From positions 95,418,001 to 95,482,000 of the forward strand of contig NC_043001.1 of NCBI RefSeq assembly GCF_006345805.1: DNA of 64,000 nucleotides, given 5' to 3'. The notes beneath the pieces are model-generated. The model worked only from the letters and a program-made list of their open reading frames with translations. It ran no database searches and was not told the origin of the DNA. This stretch comes from Octopus sinensis. Taxonomy: Eukaryota. This document shows positions 1-12,450 of the stretch, in pieces. How positions within the stretch are numbered: position 1 is the first letter of the stretch; every line of letters starts with the position of its first letter. Both the position numbers and the translations under genes were made by a program.

Positions 1-346
1 TTTTCGTTGCCAAACCTTACTTCCACTGTGTCGTACTTCCTTTCACGCGTATGAAATGTGGTAAATCTCTTTACGTTCTCGAGGCACTCCTCTATTGCTT
101 CTATTGGGGCAACTTCTATCTTTTTAGAGGACGTGGATAGCTTTATGTACACCACTGTCCTCTTCGCCACATGGCTAGTCTGTTCTTCCGTTGGAGTCAG
201 CCTCAAACTGGCTCCTTCTGTTTCTAGTAATTGACTGCCCCCCTCCACTTTCTTGTCTTTGTCTGAAATTCTCGTTATTCCAGGGTGTTGTTAGATACTC
301 CTTTAATCGCGACTGATGCATAACTGCCAGCTGGTTCACGTTCCAT
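1..346 (-). mobile_element. Probable L1/Tx1-type ORF1 (gag-like) N-terminus, frameshifted, running off the window edge
   Basis: ATG at 346 gives MEREPAGSYASVAIKG (SYAxVA-type start common in non-LTR ORF1). After a shift near 290 a second frame stays open to base 3 (..KRTVVYIKLSTSSKKIEVAPIEAIEECLENVKRFTTFHTRERKYDTVEVRFGNE). Family assignment is inference. Confidence 0.45.
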
Positions 347-1580
347 CTCTCCTTTCTTTACCACTTCACCTATAGTTGGGGAAGAAATCAAATATGAAAA
401 CAGCCAAAAACAGCAACAATAGTTCAAGCTTCAACAAATTTAACAGATCCAAGTTCCACCCACACAGGGGAGACCTTCGGGGAGTATAAGAATCAAACGG
501 CTTACTCCGTAATCACAAGTGATTTAACCAAAAATATTACTAACGCAAAAAAAAAAAATTCCTCGAGGACTGACCCTCCTTGCTGTGCCTGTCCACTATT
601 CATCAGTAGTGGACCAGCACACTTCTCACTTGGAGATGTCCGCTACAGCACCTCCCATTTTCGAGTTTTATTTTTCTTCTTTCATACAATATTATTTGTT
701 TTTATTTCTTTTTCTTCCTCACACAGAATTATTATATTTTCAACTATGTATTACAACAATCTATTTACAATCGAAATTTTGTTTCCATATTCTATTTATT
801 TTTCTTCCACATACAGAATTATTTTTTTCAACTATGTATTAAAACAAAATCTCTTTTCTTTTCAATAGAAATTTCTTTTCAAATATTTATTATTTTTTCA
901 CACAGCATTATTTTACTCCTCAGAATGCCACAGGCAGTACAAGTCTACATTGTTTACCGGTAGAGCTATTAACACAGCGACCTGATTCAAATCCTTCACA
1001 CGGACTTATTATTAGTATTTCTTTCTTCCATACAGAATTATATCTTTCTCTTCAGATTGCCGCAGGTAGTACCAGTCTACATTGTTGGTCGGTAGCGCTA
1101 CTAACACAAAGCGACCTGACTGAAATCCTATATTAGTTTTCCCTGTGTTTACTTCAGTTCTGTGTTAGAGTTCCAGTTTTATCAGATATGTTTTTCTTCA
1201 AAAAGCTTTTTGCAATAGAATTTATATGTTTTTCACTCTATATAAATCATTTTTTAATGTATATTTTTCAGATCTATGTTAGTTCAAATCCTACTTTTGG
1301 ATTTTTAATATATTTCACTGATTGTGGTTGTCGTGTCCGTCTGTGTAGTGTGTTGTTCATTTTGATACTCCTACAAGCATTCGTAATCACGTTACCACTT
1401 TTACGACGACGCCGTTATACTGTCGGTTTTTCCTGATATGTCCCGCTTTATGCCGTCGTAAATTCGTCGTCTGAGTTACTGGCCCGTACGGCATAAGACG
1501 TCAACTGACACTGCTTGCTGTGTCTGTCCACTATTTATCAGTAGTGGACCAGCCCACTTCTCACTTGAGGGTGTCCACCA
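347..1580 (-). repeat. Probable 5'UTR of the same element, with internal direct repeats
   Basis: 73-bp repeat at 569-641 and 1504-1576; ~75-bp repeat at ~922-997 and ~1053-1128; AT-rich ~90-bp repeats at 700-900. Confidence 0.45.
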
Positions 1581-1589
1581 CGAAAATTA

Positions 1590-2700
1590 TTATTAAATGC
1601 TTTATAGCCACATTGTACATCATCGGGCAATTTCTCGGGAGGTGTTAATGTTAGACAAAAAATATAAGTGGTGATAGAGAGTCACCCTGGAAAATGTTAC
1701 ATGGAATCCTTACATCTCCAGCATTGCGAAATTCATTGTCACTGTTGAAAATCAGGGTAATATGCCATAATTTCATACCTACAGACAAGAAATTCCGCAG
1801 AGTAGGTGCTATTTTATACAATTCCAATCATTTCTTAACCTAGCTTTGTGGGAGATTATCATAAGCTTTTTTAAAGTCTATCCAGGTTATCACAAATTGT
1901 TTTGTCGTTTGTGACAATCTTTCAAGATCATCTTCTTCATGAGTTGCTATTCTTTACAACCACAGGACCGACGTTTATATCCTTTTTGTTTATTAGATAT
2001 AATGCTACTCTCTATTAAATAATTATAGTTGTATTCAGGTGAGATAGATGTTACTATCTTATATATTGTTGTTAAGCAGGTTAGGGTCTATAATTTTTGG
2101 ATTATTTGTTTCTTCTTTTTTTTCTGGAAGTACGAATGCAATGCTATTAACTAGCCAAGGGGGAATCATACTAGGTAATTTCAAAACATTTTTGTAAAAT
2201 TATGTTCATGATTCTCAGGGAAGGTATTCAACCAGAAGTTAGGAATTTTATCCTTTGCTAGAGACATACATTTGCTTGATTTCCTGGGAGTAGATCTTAT
2301 ATCCACTACCTTGATACCCTCCTACTTTTGCTCTTCTAAAGAGTCTAAGTCAGGATATATCCTATCGAGCCAAGGGGCATTTTTATTGTGTGTTTTGTCT
2401 TCTGACCAAATTTTATTCCAACATTCCTGCACTTCCTCTTTTGATGGGTTACTTAAAATATCAGTTACTTTAGTGTAACTGATATTTTTCTTATCTTTCT
2501 GAAATAATATTTTGGGTTGATTTTCAACTTGTGCTTGAAAAACCCAACGCGCTTTTCATACCGCGCTGTGTGGGCGGCTTTAGTACATACCTTTTGCTTG
2601 ATAATTTCTATGGTGGTATCGATGTCAAGAATAGTTTTCCAAATGTATTTTTCCTTTCATATTCGGATTGTTGTTGGTTTGATAGTCTTTTAAACATTAC
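1590..2700 (-). mobile_element. R4/Dong-clade LINE fragment D (pre-RT and RT N-terminal half), degenerate
   Basis: Minus-strand translation with stops and shifts: KQKVCTKAAHTARYEKR, PSKEEVQECWNKIWSE..HNKNAPWL, DKIPNFWL, PKNYRP, QKGYKRRSCGCKE, WIDFKKAYD, IFQGDSLSP. Confidence 0.85.
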
Positions 2701-2701
2701 T

Positions 2702-2703
2702 AA

Positions 2704-2764
<61 letters not shown>

Positions 2765-2765
2765 G
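2702..2765. repeat. (TAT/TAA)n microsatellite
   Basis: About 20 near-perfect triplets between R4 fragments D and A. Confidence 0.97.
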
Positions 2766-2769
2766 TCAT

Positions 2770-4400
2770 TTACTTTTAATCGGCTTGTTTGGTGCAATCA
2801 CTTGCCGGGGCACACCCAGCGCTCTAGGGCAAGTGAAGGTTAAGAGTTGTTGAAATATAGCTGAAAGCTTGGGGAGGGGAAGTAGAGAAATATCTCCATG
2901 TAATACAACACAAACATTTACATTGATAGGGTTTTTCTAAGGATGTGGGCAGTACTTGTTAGTACAATCTTTTGGATTTCCTTGAGACATGGTTCTCCGG
3001 GGATATTGTCTAGGTGTTTCTGACATCCCTGTTTTATCATACCTAGGGCACCTACAATAACAGGAACAGTTTTTGTTTTAAGATTCCACCTCTTTTGTAT
3101 TTCGATTTCCAGGTACTTATATTTGCTAAGTTTGTCAAATTCCTTTACAGATATATTTTTATCAGTGGGGACGCTTACCTCTATTTGTCTGCAGGTATTT
3201 TCTTCCCTGTCTTTAACAATTATGTCTAGTCGATTAGCCTTGATCGTTCTGTCAGTATTGACTGGAAAATCCCAGAGGATGGTGACATTTTTACCTTCAA
3301 CAACTGGCTGAGGATGGTGTTCATACCAGTTAACAGAAGTGCCGAATTTGTAGAGTTTACATATCTTCCAAAGTATATACTGCCCTACCCTATCGTGGCG
3401 ATTTTTGCATTCGTTTGATGTTAGCACAGGATATCCTGAAACGAGATGGTCTATTGTTTCGTCAAATGTGTCGCAGAATCTGCATTTAGGGTCAGTACCG
3501 TTTCGGAGAACGTTAGCCTGGTAATTTCTGGTAAACAAGCTTTGATCTTGTGCTTCCAGTATGAAGCCTTCAGTCTCTGCTTTCAATCCTGAACTCTTCA
3601 GCCACTGATGGGTTGTAGCTTGGTCTACATCAGCATTTTGGCTTCGGAGAATATATTGTCCATGCAGGGGCTTCTGGCTCCACCGGCTCTCGATTTGATT
3701 CTGCCCGTTGTTTTTTGCAGTCTGCTTGATTCGCTTTGCTTGCTTGGTAGCGGTGGTTTCCCGCTCTTTATCTGATTCCTTGACAATAGAATGCAGCTTT
3801 TCGCTGCTTTCGTGTTCGCACACAAGTCGCAGCATCCAGTCTTTTGTACTAGATAGGTACCTGTTCATTCCTACAGTGTAGGTCTTATAGCACAGCTCTA
3901 ATTACATCATTCCTCTCCTCCCCCACTGCTTCTAGGTAGGTACAGGCGGTCTACATCTGCTTTAGGGTGGTGCATGCTCTCGGATGTCAGTACTTTTCTT
4001 GTCTTCCTGTCCAAGCGTTGGAGTTCCGTAAGATTCCAGTTAATGATGTTAAAACTGTACTGGACTACTGGAATTGCTGGGTGTTAATGGCCTCAATGCA
4101 ATTTTTGGAGTTGAGTTCAGTCTTCAGTACAAGCCTTATTCTCCTAAGAATCGTTAATAAAGAAATAAGTATTCCTTTCTTATTGTTTCCTTCATAGTAG
4201 CATGATGTATACCATCTCCTTCGTTGATTCCTAGGTATTTGTAACTTTCTTGTGGGTCAAGTTCCTTGATGGTAGTGTCAATGCCTAATTTAACAGAAGC
4301 TGTTTGCCTGAGCTTGCCTCTTATAAAAGTTGCTTTAGCACACTTATCAAGGCCAAAATCCATTCCGATATGATAACTTGAGTATTTTTTCTGAGAGCTT
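2770..4400 (-). mobile_element. R4/Dong-clade LINE copy A, 5'-truncated (RT C-terminus, zinc knuckle, RLE endonuclease, 3'UTR)
   Basis: MDFGLDKCAKA..YKYLGINE (4154-4363), then HHPKADVDRLYLPRSSGGRG, then the 316-aa ORF below. The 3'UTR ends at the (TAA)n tract. Confidence 0.92.
2918..3868 (-). pseudogene. 316-aa C-terminal part of the R4-clade ORF (CCHC knuckle + restriction-like endonuclease)
   Basis: KPLHGQY, WLKSSGLKAETEGFILEAQDQSL, CRFC..ETIDHLVSGY (expected C is Y), RHDRV, ILWDF, ANRLDII (expected RPD is RLD), EKLSKY-like DKLSKY, VPVIVGALG. Confidence 0.88.
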
Positions 4401-4423
4401 GTACTTGCGCTCTTAGAAGACTA

Positions 4424-4426
4424 CTG

Positions 4427-4476
<50 letters not shown>

Positions 4477-4545
4477 GATGATGATGGTGATGATAATGAT
4501 GATAATTATTATTATTACTATCATCATCATCATCCCCATCCTCAT
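4424..4545. repeat. Compound triplet microsatellite (CTA)n-(GAT)n-(ATT)n-(CAT)n
   Basis: Direct reading; lies between R4 copies A and B. Confidence 0.95.
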
Positions 4546-4549
4546 TCAG

Positions 4550-6297
4550 TAGTCTTAATTTCATCACGTGCTTTCACTGCACTAGCGAGTGCAGCTCTGT
4601 ATGCCGTATGTGCTGTGGCTTGTTGTGATGCTCTTATGGTTACTATACTGAAAGTGTTTTACTTAGGATGTGTGCGGTGCTAAGTATTGCTATATTCTGA
4701 ATATTATATATACTTGTTATTCCTGGTTTTTCATAAAGTAATTTGTCTTACTGTTTTTTTTTTATTTATCATATCTAATGCGCCTATGTTAGGAATTGCT
4801 TCTGATTTTAGACTCCACATTCGAGTTACCTCTATTTCTAGATTTTTGTATTCTGAAAGTTTCGCCATTTCTTTTAGAGGAACGTTGTCATCTTTTGGCA
4901 TTGATAGATCGATCAGAAAGCACTTCTTGATGACCTCTGACAATTATATGAGGCCTATTGTCCTTAATTTCTGTATCTGTGTGTACTGGCATATCCCATA
5001 CTGTAGTTGCTTTCTCATGTTCTATGACGTTCTCTTGGTTGTGGCTAAACCATTATATTCTGTTGTTATTTTATAATGTTGGCATAGCTTCCAATGAATA
5101 CAGGTCCCAAATCTCTCGTATCTGTGAATATATTCCTTCTTAGCCAGGACTGGGTATTCAGAGACAATATGTTTTTTTCTTTCTTGTTCGATTCCACATA
5201 TTCTGCAGTTATTTCTGATGTTTCGTTTCATTATAAGTTTTTCAGTAATTCCTGGTGGGGAGGCTTTGGCCTTGTGCTGCAATTAAATCTCCTCCAGTCT
5301 CTGCTTTGAGACCTGAGCTCCTTAACCATTGTTGGGATTCTGCTTTCTCCATTTCTTTTGCGTTTAGTTTAACCCAGTATTTTCTATGAAGGGTCTTTTC
5401 ATCGTTTTATCATGTTCCGTTGCTGTTCCGGCTTGAGTTTGGATATCAGTTGTGTTACACCTTTTGTTGCTCCTTCTTTTTCTTCATAGTTGTTAGGTAG
5501 TATGACTTCTTGTTTGTATTTCTCAGCTTCCTTAAAGACTGAAAACAGTTTTTAGATTTGTTCGTGTTTTGTGGCTATTTATTAATTTTCCTTGCTTCTG
5601 AAGTAGGTATTTTTGTAGTCCTATGGTAGTTATTTTGTAATAGTTTTCTAGCTCTATAAGACCTCTACCAACTTCGGTATGTTGTGTATATAAACTTTCA
5701 ATGTCAGATTTTGGTTGCTGCATCCTAAATCTTGTCATTATATTTCTTGTTTTCCTGTCTATTTTGATTAATTCATTTAGAGTCCAGCCAAGAATTTTGC
5801 AGTCGTAACTTGCAACTTGGACGGCTATTGTTGATAACTATTACCTTGCTTTTCACATTTGAGCTTTGTTTTCAGTATTAAGCTAACTCGTCTATAGTAT
5901 TATTCTTTTATATTTTATCTTTCATTAGCGCGTGATGTATCGTATCCAGTTCATTGATTCCTAAGTATTTGTTTGACTGGTTTTCGACTAATTCTCTTAC
6001 TTCGTTTGATTTTTCTAGTGTGATGCTGCTACTCTTAACTAGTTTTTTCTCTTTTGAATGTTGCTTTGGAACATTTTTCCAAATCAAATTTCATCTCTAT
6101 TTATTTGGCAAATCCATGACCTGTCTCTTATAATGCTTCCAGCAGTTTACCATTTGTAGCATAGAGTTTTATCATCCATATATAAGAGATGGCTGATTGT
6201 TTTGCCGTAACAATTGTATCCACATCCAGTTCTGATTGCATGTCAGATAAAGATGTCAGTGCCAAGCAGAAAAAGTGGAGAGAGCGTGTCTCCCTAG
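4550..6297 (-). mobile_element. R4/Dong-clade LINE copy B, 5'-truncated at the RT GDxLSP motif, degenerate
   Basis: GDTLSPLF, SHLLYMDD, MKFDLEKCS, GRGLIELENYYK, CRICG..HIVSEYPVLAKKEYIHRY, CFLIDLSMPKDDNVPLKEMAKLSEYKNLEIEVTRMW. Confidence 0.88.
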
Positions 6298-6304
6298 TCT
6301 ATCA

Positions 6305-6348
6305 TTGTTATTATTATTATTATATTATTATTATTATTATTATTATTA
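6305..6348. repeat. (TTA/TAA)n microsatellite
   Basis: Interrupted triplet tract between copies B and C. Confidence 0.95.
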
Positions 6349-6351
6349 ATA

Positions 6352-7885
6352 TCATTTATTGCCTTTGAACAGCTTTTAACGCTGGAGAAGTACTATAGTG
6401 TCAGCTGTTCACTACCAGTGAACTAAGGTAACACCTCTTATTTTTCGAGCACCTTCCGGAGTATTCTAGCGGTTCCAAGCAGTGCTGTTTTCTGCAAGTG
6501 GTCCACCCTTATTGCAGTACCTATTTGTTCCACGTACTTCTCGAGAGTTTTGCTCACTGTTCCCAGGGCTCCAACAATTTTTGGTACAACTGCTACCTCT
6601 TTCATCGGCTACAACTGCTTAACTTCCCAAGCTAACCTGTCGTATCTCTCGACTCTTCTTTCGTCTTTCTCGCATACATTGTTGTCAGCAGGCATGCTAT
6701 GTCTATGATCCAGCATAGTTTGTTTTCTTTCTCAAATAAGACTATATCCGGCTTCTTATTCTCAATATCCTGGTCGCACTGAATCACAAAATCCCATAGG
6801 ATCTTTACATTTCTATTTTCGACAATGACGTCAGGTTTGTGGTCATGCCAATTTGCTGCTGTTAAGTCCATACTCGTTGCAAAGTTTTCAGTGGACAAGC
6901 CTGGCTATATTGTCGTGGCGTCTCTTATATTCCTTCTGGGCTAATGGCGTAAATTGGCTGATAATATGCCATACGATTTCACCGTTTTGTCCACAGATTC
7001 TGCACTTATCACTTTCTGATGTGTTGTCACTTCCGTATTTTATGTAGCTTGATCTTGGTGCTTGCCCTTGGGCAGCACCAACTAGAGCCTCCGTTTCCGG
7101 TTTTAAATCACTTTTAGTCATCCACAGCCATCTTTTTTCTCTGCCTGTCTTATCTTCATCATACCTATGAAATTGAACATGCATTCTTTTCTTTACCCAC
7201 CTATTTTCAGTTTCAATCATTTCAATTTCTTTTATAGTACCTTATCTTTGCAATCTTTCATCCTACACAAGCCTGACCTTCTAGTAATAGTGGTTCTATG
7301 GCGTTTTTACACACCATGCTATATCGTTTTCTTCTGCTCTAATGCTGTGTTGGCGTCCAATAAGTCCTCTTCCCCCTCTCTTTCTTGGTACATACAATAT
7401 GTCTGTGTCACTTCTTGGGTGGAGTGACCCATATCTAGTTCGTAACTTTCTTGTCTTTCTGTCTAAGCTGTTTAGTTCGTCGACTGGCCATGCGATTACT
7501 CTTGCTCCATATCTAAGGAGTGAAACCGCCTATGTGTTGATAGCTTCGATCTTATTCCGTCCGTTTAATTTCGGATCAGTCTCAGTCTGCGCAAGTACTC
7601 CACCTTAATTTTTTCTGTAATGTATTTCTCCATCAACCTATCCATTTACAAAATCCCCAAGTACTTATAGCCCGTTTCTTCTATCTGCTTCATAACCGCC
7701 CCCAACGGTATAGTTAGCCCTTCCATACATTTGATTTTGGATTTTGCCACTCTTCAATACTAATGCACCACACTTTCTCAATCCGAACTCCATTCTGATA
7801 TTAGCAATGAAGTTATACATTTATCTGCTTTTGATCGATACTTGTTATTCTTTACTCTCTTCTCTGTCATTTTTTGCAACATGAC
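6352..7885 (-). mobile_element. R4/Dong-clade LINE copy C, 5'-truncated, degenerate
   Basis: MEFGLRKCG, SDLKPETEALVGAAQGQA, KCRICGQNGEIVWHII, YKRRHDNIA, KILWDFVIQCD..KPDIVL. Confidence 0.88.
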
Positions 7886-9213
7886 TTGACTAAGGTGTTA
7901 AGGCATTCAATATCCTTTTGATCTGGTTATTTGTGTTGTTTAGGTTGCTGTTTTCTCTGACAGCTGCTGGATTTAGTGTAGCTGCTACTAGTATTGCAAC
8001 TGTTGCAGTGAATTCAGGTCTCTGTGCTGCTGTATTTGCACTTAGTGTTGTTGGTATTGTGGTGATAGTGTCAGCAGAAGTCATGGTTCTATTTCTCTGC
8101 TTTAAGTAGCACACAAGTGACACATTGGCTTATTGCACCGAACGGGCATCTTGAATGTTTGTAAAGCCTGATAGGGTGATCGAGTTCGTGATGGATTTCC
8201 TACATTCGTGATAATTTTGTATCTATTTTTTTTATTACCTACAATGGGCTAAGTGCAGAATGATCTAATTACACGACAAACATATACAAGGACAAACTCG
8301 GGGAACTTAAAATACACAAGAAGATGAAATAAGAATGGAAAAAATTAAAATAAACGAATGGTAATATGGAAAGAAGTATAAAATGAGGCGTAATGCCCAC
8401 TCGATCCCCGAAGTCGAGTGGTTATATTTGGACAGTTTTTTCTCCTTTTCAATGAATATTTCTTTTTTTTTTTTCATTGATATGTTTGGAGTTTGTATCA
8501 TTTATGATATGTTTGGATCAATACGTTCGTCTGTTAGCAAGAGAACTTTTCATTTATGAAACTTCTGAACTAACAAATTATTAGTTTTATCCGTCAAGAC
8601 GCGAGTCACAACAAATTAGAACATATTTTATTCTAAGGGGACATCAGTAATATTTATTAATAACCTACGGTCAGTTCACAGTGGTATGAGAGTTCGTTGC
8701 TCAGTATTTTGCTACCGTGATTGCCGCTTGACCTCACACTCAGTAAGGACTCTGCCCTGTTCCGTGTATCATTTTTCCCAATAGTGACACACGGTTCGAT
8801 GTCCAGGTTAGATGCGAGGGAATTATATATCTGCTACTGAATTGCTTGTCCTCTTTAACTACTATTAAGTCTCAAGTTAAACTTTCAGATTTGTTTCTTG
8901 TCGGATGTATTTAAGAATGTTTAATTCTAAATTTCGATCAGACATTGTTAGCAATTTATTACATTTTTTAAAATTACTTCAGTCCGTCACAGTGCGTTTC
9001 CAAACACGATTACTTTGATTTTATTAATTGCAGAACTTTCATTTCTGTCGGTAATCTCATGAAACATGATGAAGGTAGCGATGGTAGCATTGCAGGAGTT
9101 CAAGTACCAAGTCGTACTTTCTTTCATTCATATCGTGCCTTATCTGTCACTGTTGTTTACTGTTATATTGTTATTGTTGTTGATGTTGTTAATTTACTTT
9201 ACTTTACTTTTAC

Positions 9214-9586
9214 TTTTACTTGTTTCAGTCATTTGACTGCGGCCATGCTGGAGCACAGCCTTTAGTCGAGCAAATTGTTTGTAAGCCCAGTACTTATTCT
9301 ATCGGTCTCTTTTGCCGAACCGGTAAGTGACTGGGACGTAAACACACCAGCATCGGTTGTCAAGCAATGCTAGGGGGACAAACACAGACACACAAACACA
9401 CACACATATACATATATATATACGACAGGCTTCTTTCAGTTTCCGTCTACCAAATCCACTCACAAGGCATTGGTCGGCCCGGGGCTATAGCAGAAGACAC
9501 TTGCTCAAGGTGCCACGCAGTGGGACTGAACCCGGAACCATGTGGTTGGTTAGCAAGCTACTTACCACACAACCACACCTGCGCCT
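9214..9586 (-). mobile_element. tRNA-derived SINE, family A
   Basis: Head GGCGCAGGTGTGGTTGTGTGGTAAG..GGTTCCGGGTTCAGTCCC (A/B-box-like), internal TA/CA tract, tail ending CAGTCAAATGACTGAAACAAGTAAAA. Several homologous copies in the window. Confidence 0.9.
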
Positions 9587-10029
9587 ATTTATTGATTTTA
9601 TTTTTAGTGCAATTATTGTTGGCGTACTCATTTCTATTGTCGCAGTCACTTCTGTTGCTTAGCTGTTCTTGTCGTCGTCGATATATTTTTTTTTTACTAC
9701 CGATCCTGCTGCGACTGGTTTTAATTACTTCTGCGTTTTATCATTGCTTAATGGGAAGCATCTGTAAGAGACTGATCCACTTTCAAAATTTACGTCTACC
9801 AACAACTGCGGGGTTGGGGGAGAGGAAGACATTTTTCATGTTTTTTTTTCATGTACTTTTCATGTTTCTTAAGTATTTCTCTTACGAAAAACAAAAGAAA
9901 ATGCTTTGCACCATAGGGCAAATAAGATCAATTCTTGTAAACCTGGACTACTAAGAAACGAAGTATATCAATGAAAGATATAAAACAAGCCTTAATGCAA
10001 AAAAAAAAAAATGACACGAACGCTTTTCG

Positions 10030-10105
10030 GGGAAGAATGTAATCGATTACAGTGACCATAGTGGGCAGCTGGTACTCATGTTAACGGCGACGAAAGGATA
10101 AATGG
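10030..10105 (-). mobile_element. SINE family B central-domain fragment
   Basis: Reverse complement resembles TTTCATCCTTTCG..AAGTACCAG..GTAATCGA. Confidence 0.55.
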
Positions 10106-10163
10106 AAATGCCACCTTTTGCAGAATCTGTACTCAGAAAATACTGAAATACTGCTATATATAT

Positions 10164-10206
<43 letters not shown>

Positions 10207-10210
<4 letters not shown>

Positions 10211-10418
10211 AAGTAGAAAAATACATACTGGGACAAGAACGTAAAACATTTAGAAGACGATACAAAAAACACGGACGGGACATTCGAAGCCTTCAATCTT
10301 CAGTCAAGAACCGGATCATCCTAGCAATTTCGGCTGATTAATCCTGAGATCGCTCCGATCCGGCCAGCCCCAAGGAAAAACTAATCTACGAGCATTAGAT
10401 TTCTTGGAAGAAGGATCG
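10207..10418. repeat. Unclassified ~210-bp GC-richer insert between (TA)n and (GATA)n
   Basis: Sharp boundaries at two microsatellites; internal CCGGATC/GATCCGG inverted repeat (10313-10319 and 10356-10362). No second copy seen in the window. Confidence 0.45.
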
Positions 10419-10484
<66 letters not shown>

Positions 10485-10485
10485 C
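10419..10485. repeat. (GATA)n microsatellite
   Basis: Perfect tetramer run. Confidence 0.97.
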
Positions 10486-11099
10486 TAGCTAATATGTTAT
10501 ATATATTATATTGTCTTATTTATTATTTATCATACAAATATATGCATGTGTGTGCATATGTGTGTGTATAGTAATGATAATAATAATCCTGGGATGAAAT
10601 TTATAAATATCTTAATGTTTTGCTAGGCGCGTTTCCACTAATAATATGTTTCTTAAGGTCAGTCCATAATCCTGGAGCGATTACTGTGCAGTTAGTATTA
10701 TCCATGGAAATGGCGTAGAGATTTGTTTTTGCATTCGGGCGATATAGATTTAATCGATGTGTAACTGAGTGTTGTTTAACAATTTTGACCGACGAGGACG
10801 TTGATTGGGGTAGGTAAACATTTCTGCGTGCATCTCGTGAAGAGGTGTGAAAGGTGATGGAAAGAGTGGAAATGATGGTAGTTATAAGGGAATGGAGATG
10901 TGTGTAGTGATGGACTTATTTTGCTATTTAAGTATGCAAGGTAAATAGTATAGTGCTTTCTTTCATCTTATTCACAGCAAATCCCTCTTCAATGAATTCA
11001 GAACTAGCACATATATGCATACATACACACTACACATATATGCATAATGCATGTATGCTAATATATATATTTATATATATGTTTATATATATGTTCAAT

Positions 11100-11297
11100 A
11101 TGTGACAGCGCGTTTATCGTTGGCGATTTTCTTTCTCCGTCATCCCTTTCTTGGACGTTTCCTTTTTCTGTTTCTGATTAAAAGCCCCGAAACGTTAAAA
11201 CCTCCTTCTTTCTTTCCTTTCTTGAGCGTCCAATAACAGTATACTTTTCCACGTCCTCGCGTTGTTGTGTGTTCTCTTTGTAGCTGTTGGGAGTAAC
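11100..11297 (+). mobile_element. Short Penelope-pLTR-like element, family P2, with decayed hammerhead motif
   Basis: Homologous to the reverse complement of 53738-53945. GTTT-CTGATTA-AAAGCCCC-GAAACGTT-AAAAC at 11170-11201; flanked by TA runs. Confidence 0.7.
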
Positions 11298-11351
<54 letters not shown>

Positions 11352-11429
11352 TGCGTGTGTGTGTGTGCGTGTGTGTGTGTACACATACATACCTACACAC
11401 ACACACACACACACCACACACACACACAG

Positions 11430-11476
<47 letters not shown>

Positions 11477-11510
11477 CATATATTAATATACATATATATA
11501 CACATATATA
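11297..11510. repeat. Compound (TA)n-(TG)n-(CA)n-(TA)n
   Basis: Direct reading. Confidence 0.95.
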
Positions 11511-12119
11511 CAAGGGCAAATGTAGGTATTTATGATTGAATGTACGTGCGAATATATTTTTGTACGTAAGTCTGCTTTCATAGCAATTTATGGCATTGTT
11601 TTCTATTTCCCTTATTAGGTAAATAGCGTATATCACAGCCTTGTTTCAAACGCCTCCGTATATCCACTGGATTGATTCACTAAAAGCTATTCCTTATTCT
11701 CATTCCGTTCATTTTGCTTTCCTTGGCATGATACATGGGAAGCTATAATTTTGTAACCCACTCAGAACCGGATATGAGGGGTAAAAAATGGAGAGATATA
11801 GCTAGTAATACGTTCGGTCGTTTTTACATTTACCGCCATTAATATGCAGTGTATTTGTACTTAAAAGGAAACAGAGGATCACACGTGAAGGTATGCGCAC
11901 GCGCATATGTGCGTTTTATTAGAAAGTTAGTAGAAAGAGATAGCTAGCTATATAGTTATTTGTGAGCATACAATATATGTGTGTGTGTGAGCGATTGTTT
12001 GTGTATGTGTGTGAGTGAGTGAGAGAGTGTGTATGTGCGCGCGTGTGTGTGTATACATAATACATGGAGAAATAGACAAATAGATATATAGGTAGATAGA
12101 CAGATACACACACCTCAAT

Positions 12120-12184
12120 CCCATACATATATATGTATATATATATATATATTGGTATACGTATCTCTCTGCCACTCTCTCTCA

Positions 12185-12265
<81 letters not shown>

Positions 12266-12392
12266 GTGTGTGTGTGTGTGTGTGTTAGTGTGTGTCTGTG
12301 TCTGTGTCTGTGTATGTATGCATGTTCATATGTATGTATATACTGTATGCAAATATATGTTTGCGTCTTTGATTGTGTGTGTTTGTCTGTTT

Positions 12393-12426
<34 letters not shown>

Positions 12427-12450
12427 TTGTATGTGTATGTGTGTGCGTGT
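12120..12450. repeat. (TA)n/(TG)n low-complexity field
   Basis: Direct reading. Confidence 0.95.

Noticed and set aside
591-614. CTGATGA on the minus strand as a hammerhead or C/D box
   Set aside because: It lies in a hairpin loop closed by an 8-bp stem; there is no GAAA or three-way junction, and copy 2 reads CTGATAA.
7890-8123. 77-aa Thr/Ala-rich ORF as a mucin-like gene or the R4 N-terminus
   Set aside because: Built on degenerate triplet repeats, with no splice signals or motif I could support.
9500-9586. tRNA-like sequences at SINE heads
   Set aside because: They keep A/B-box-like motifs but no full cloverleaf, and they continue into SINE bodies, so they are not tRNA genes.
10278-10306. 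CTGAAGA..GAAT motif on the minus strand as a hammerhead
   Set aside because: GAAT instead of GAAA, and no stem I partner after the putative cleavage site.
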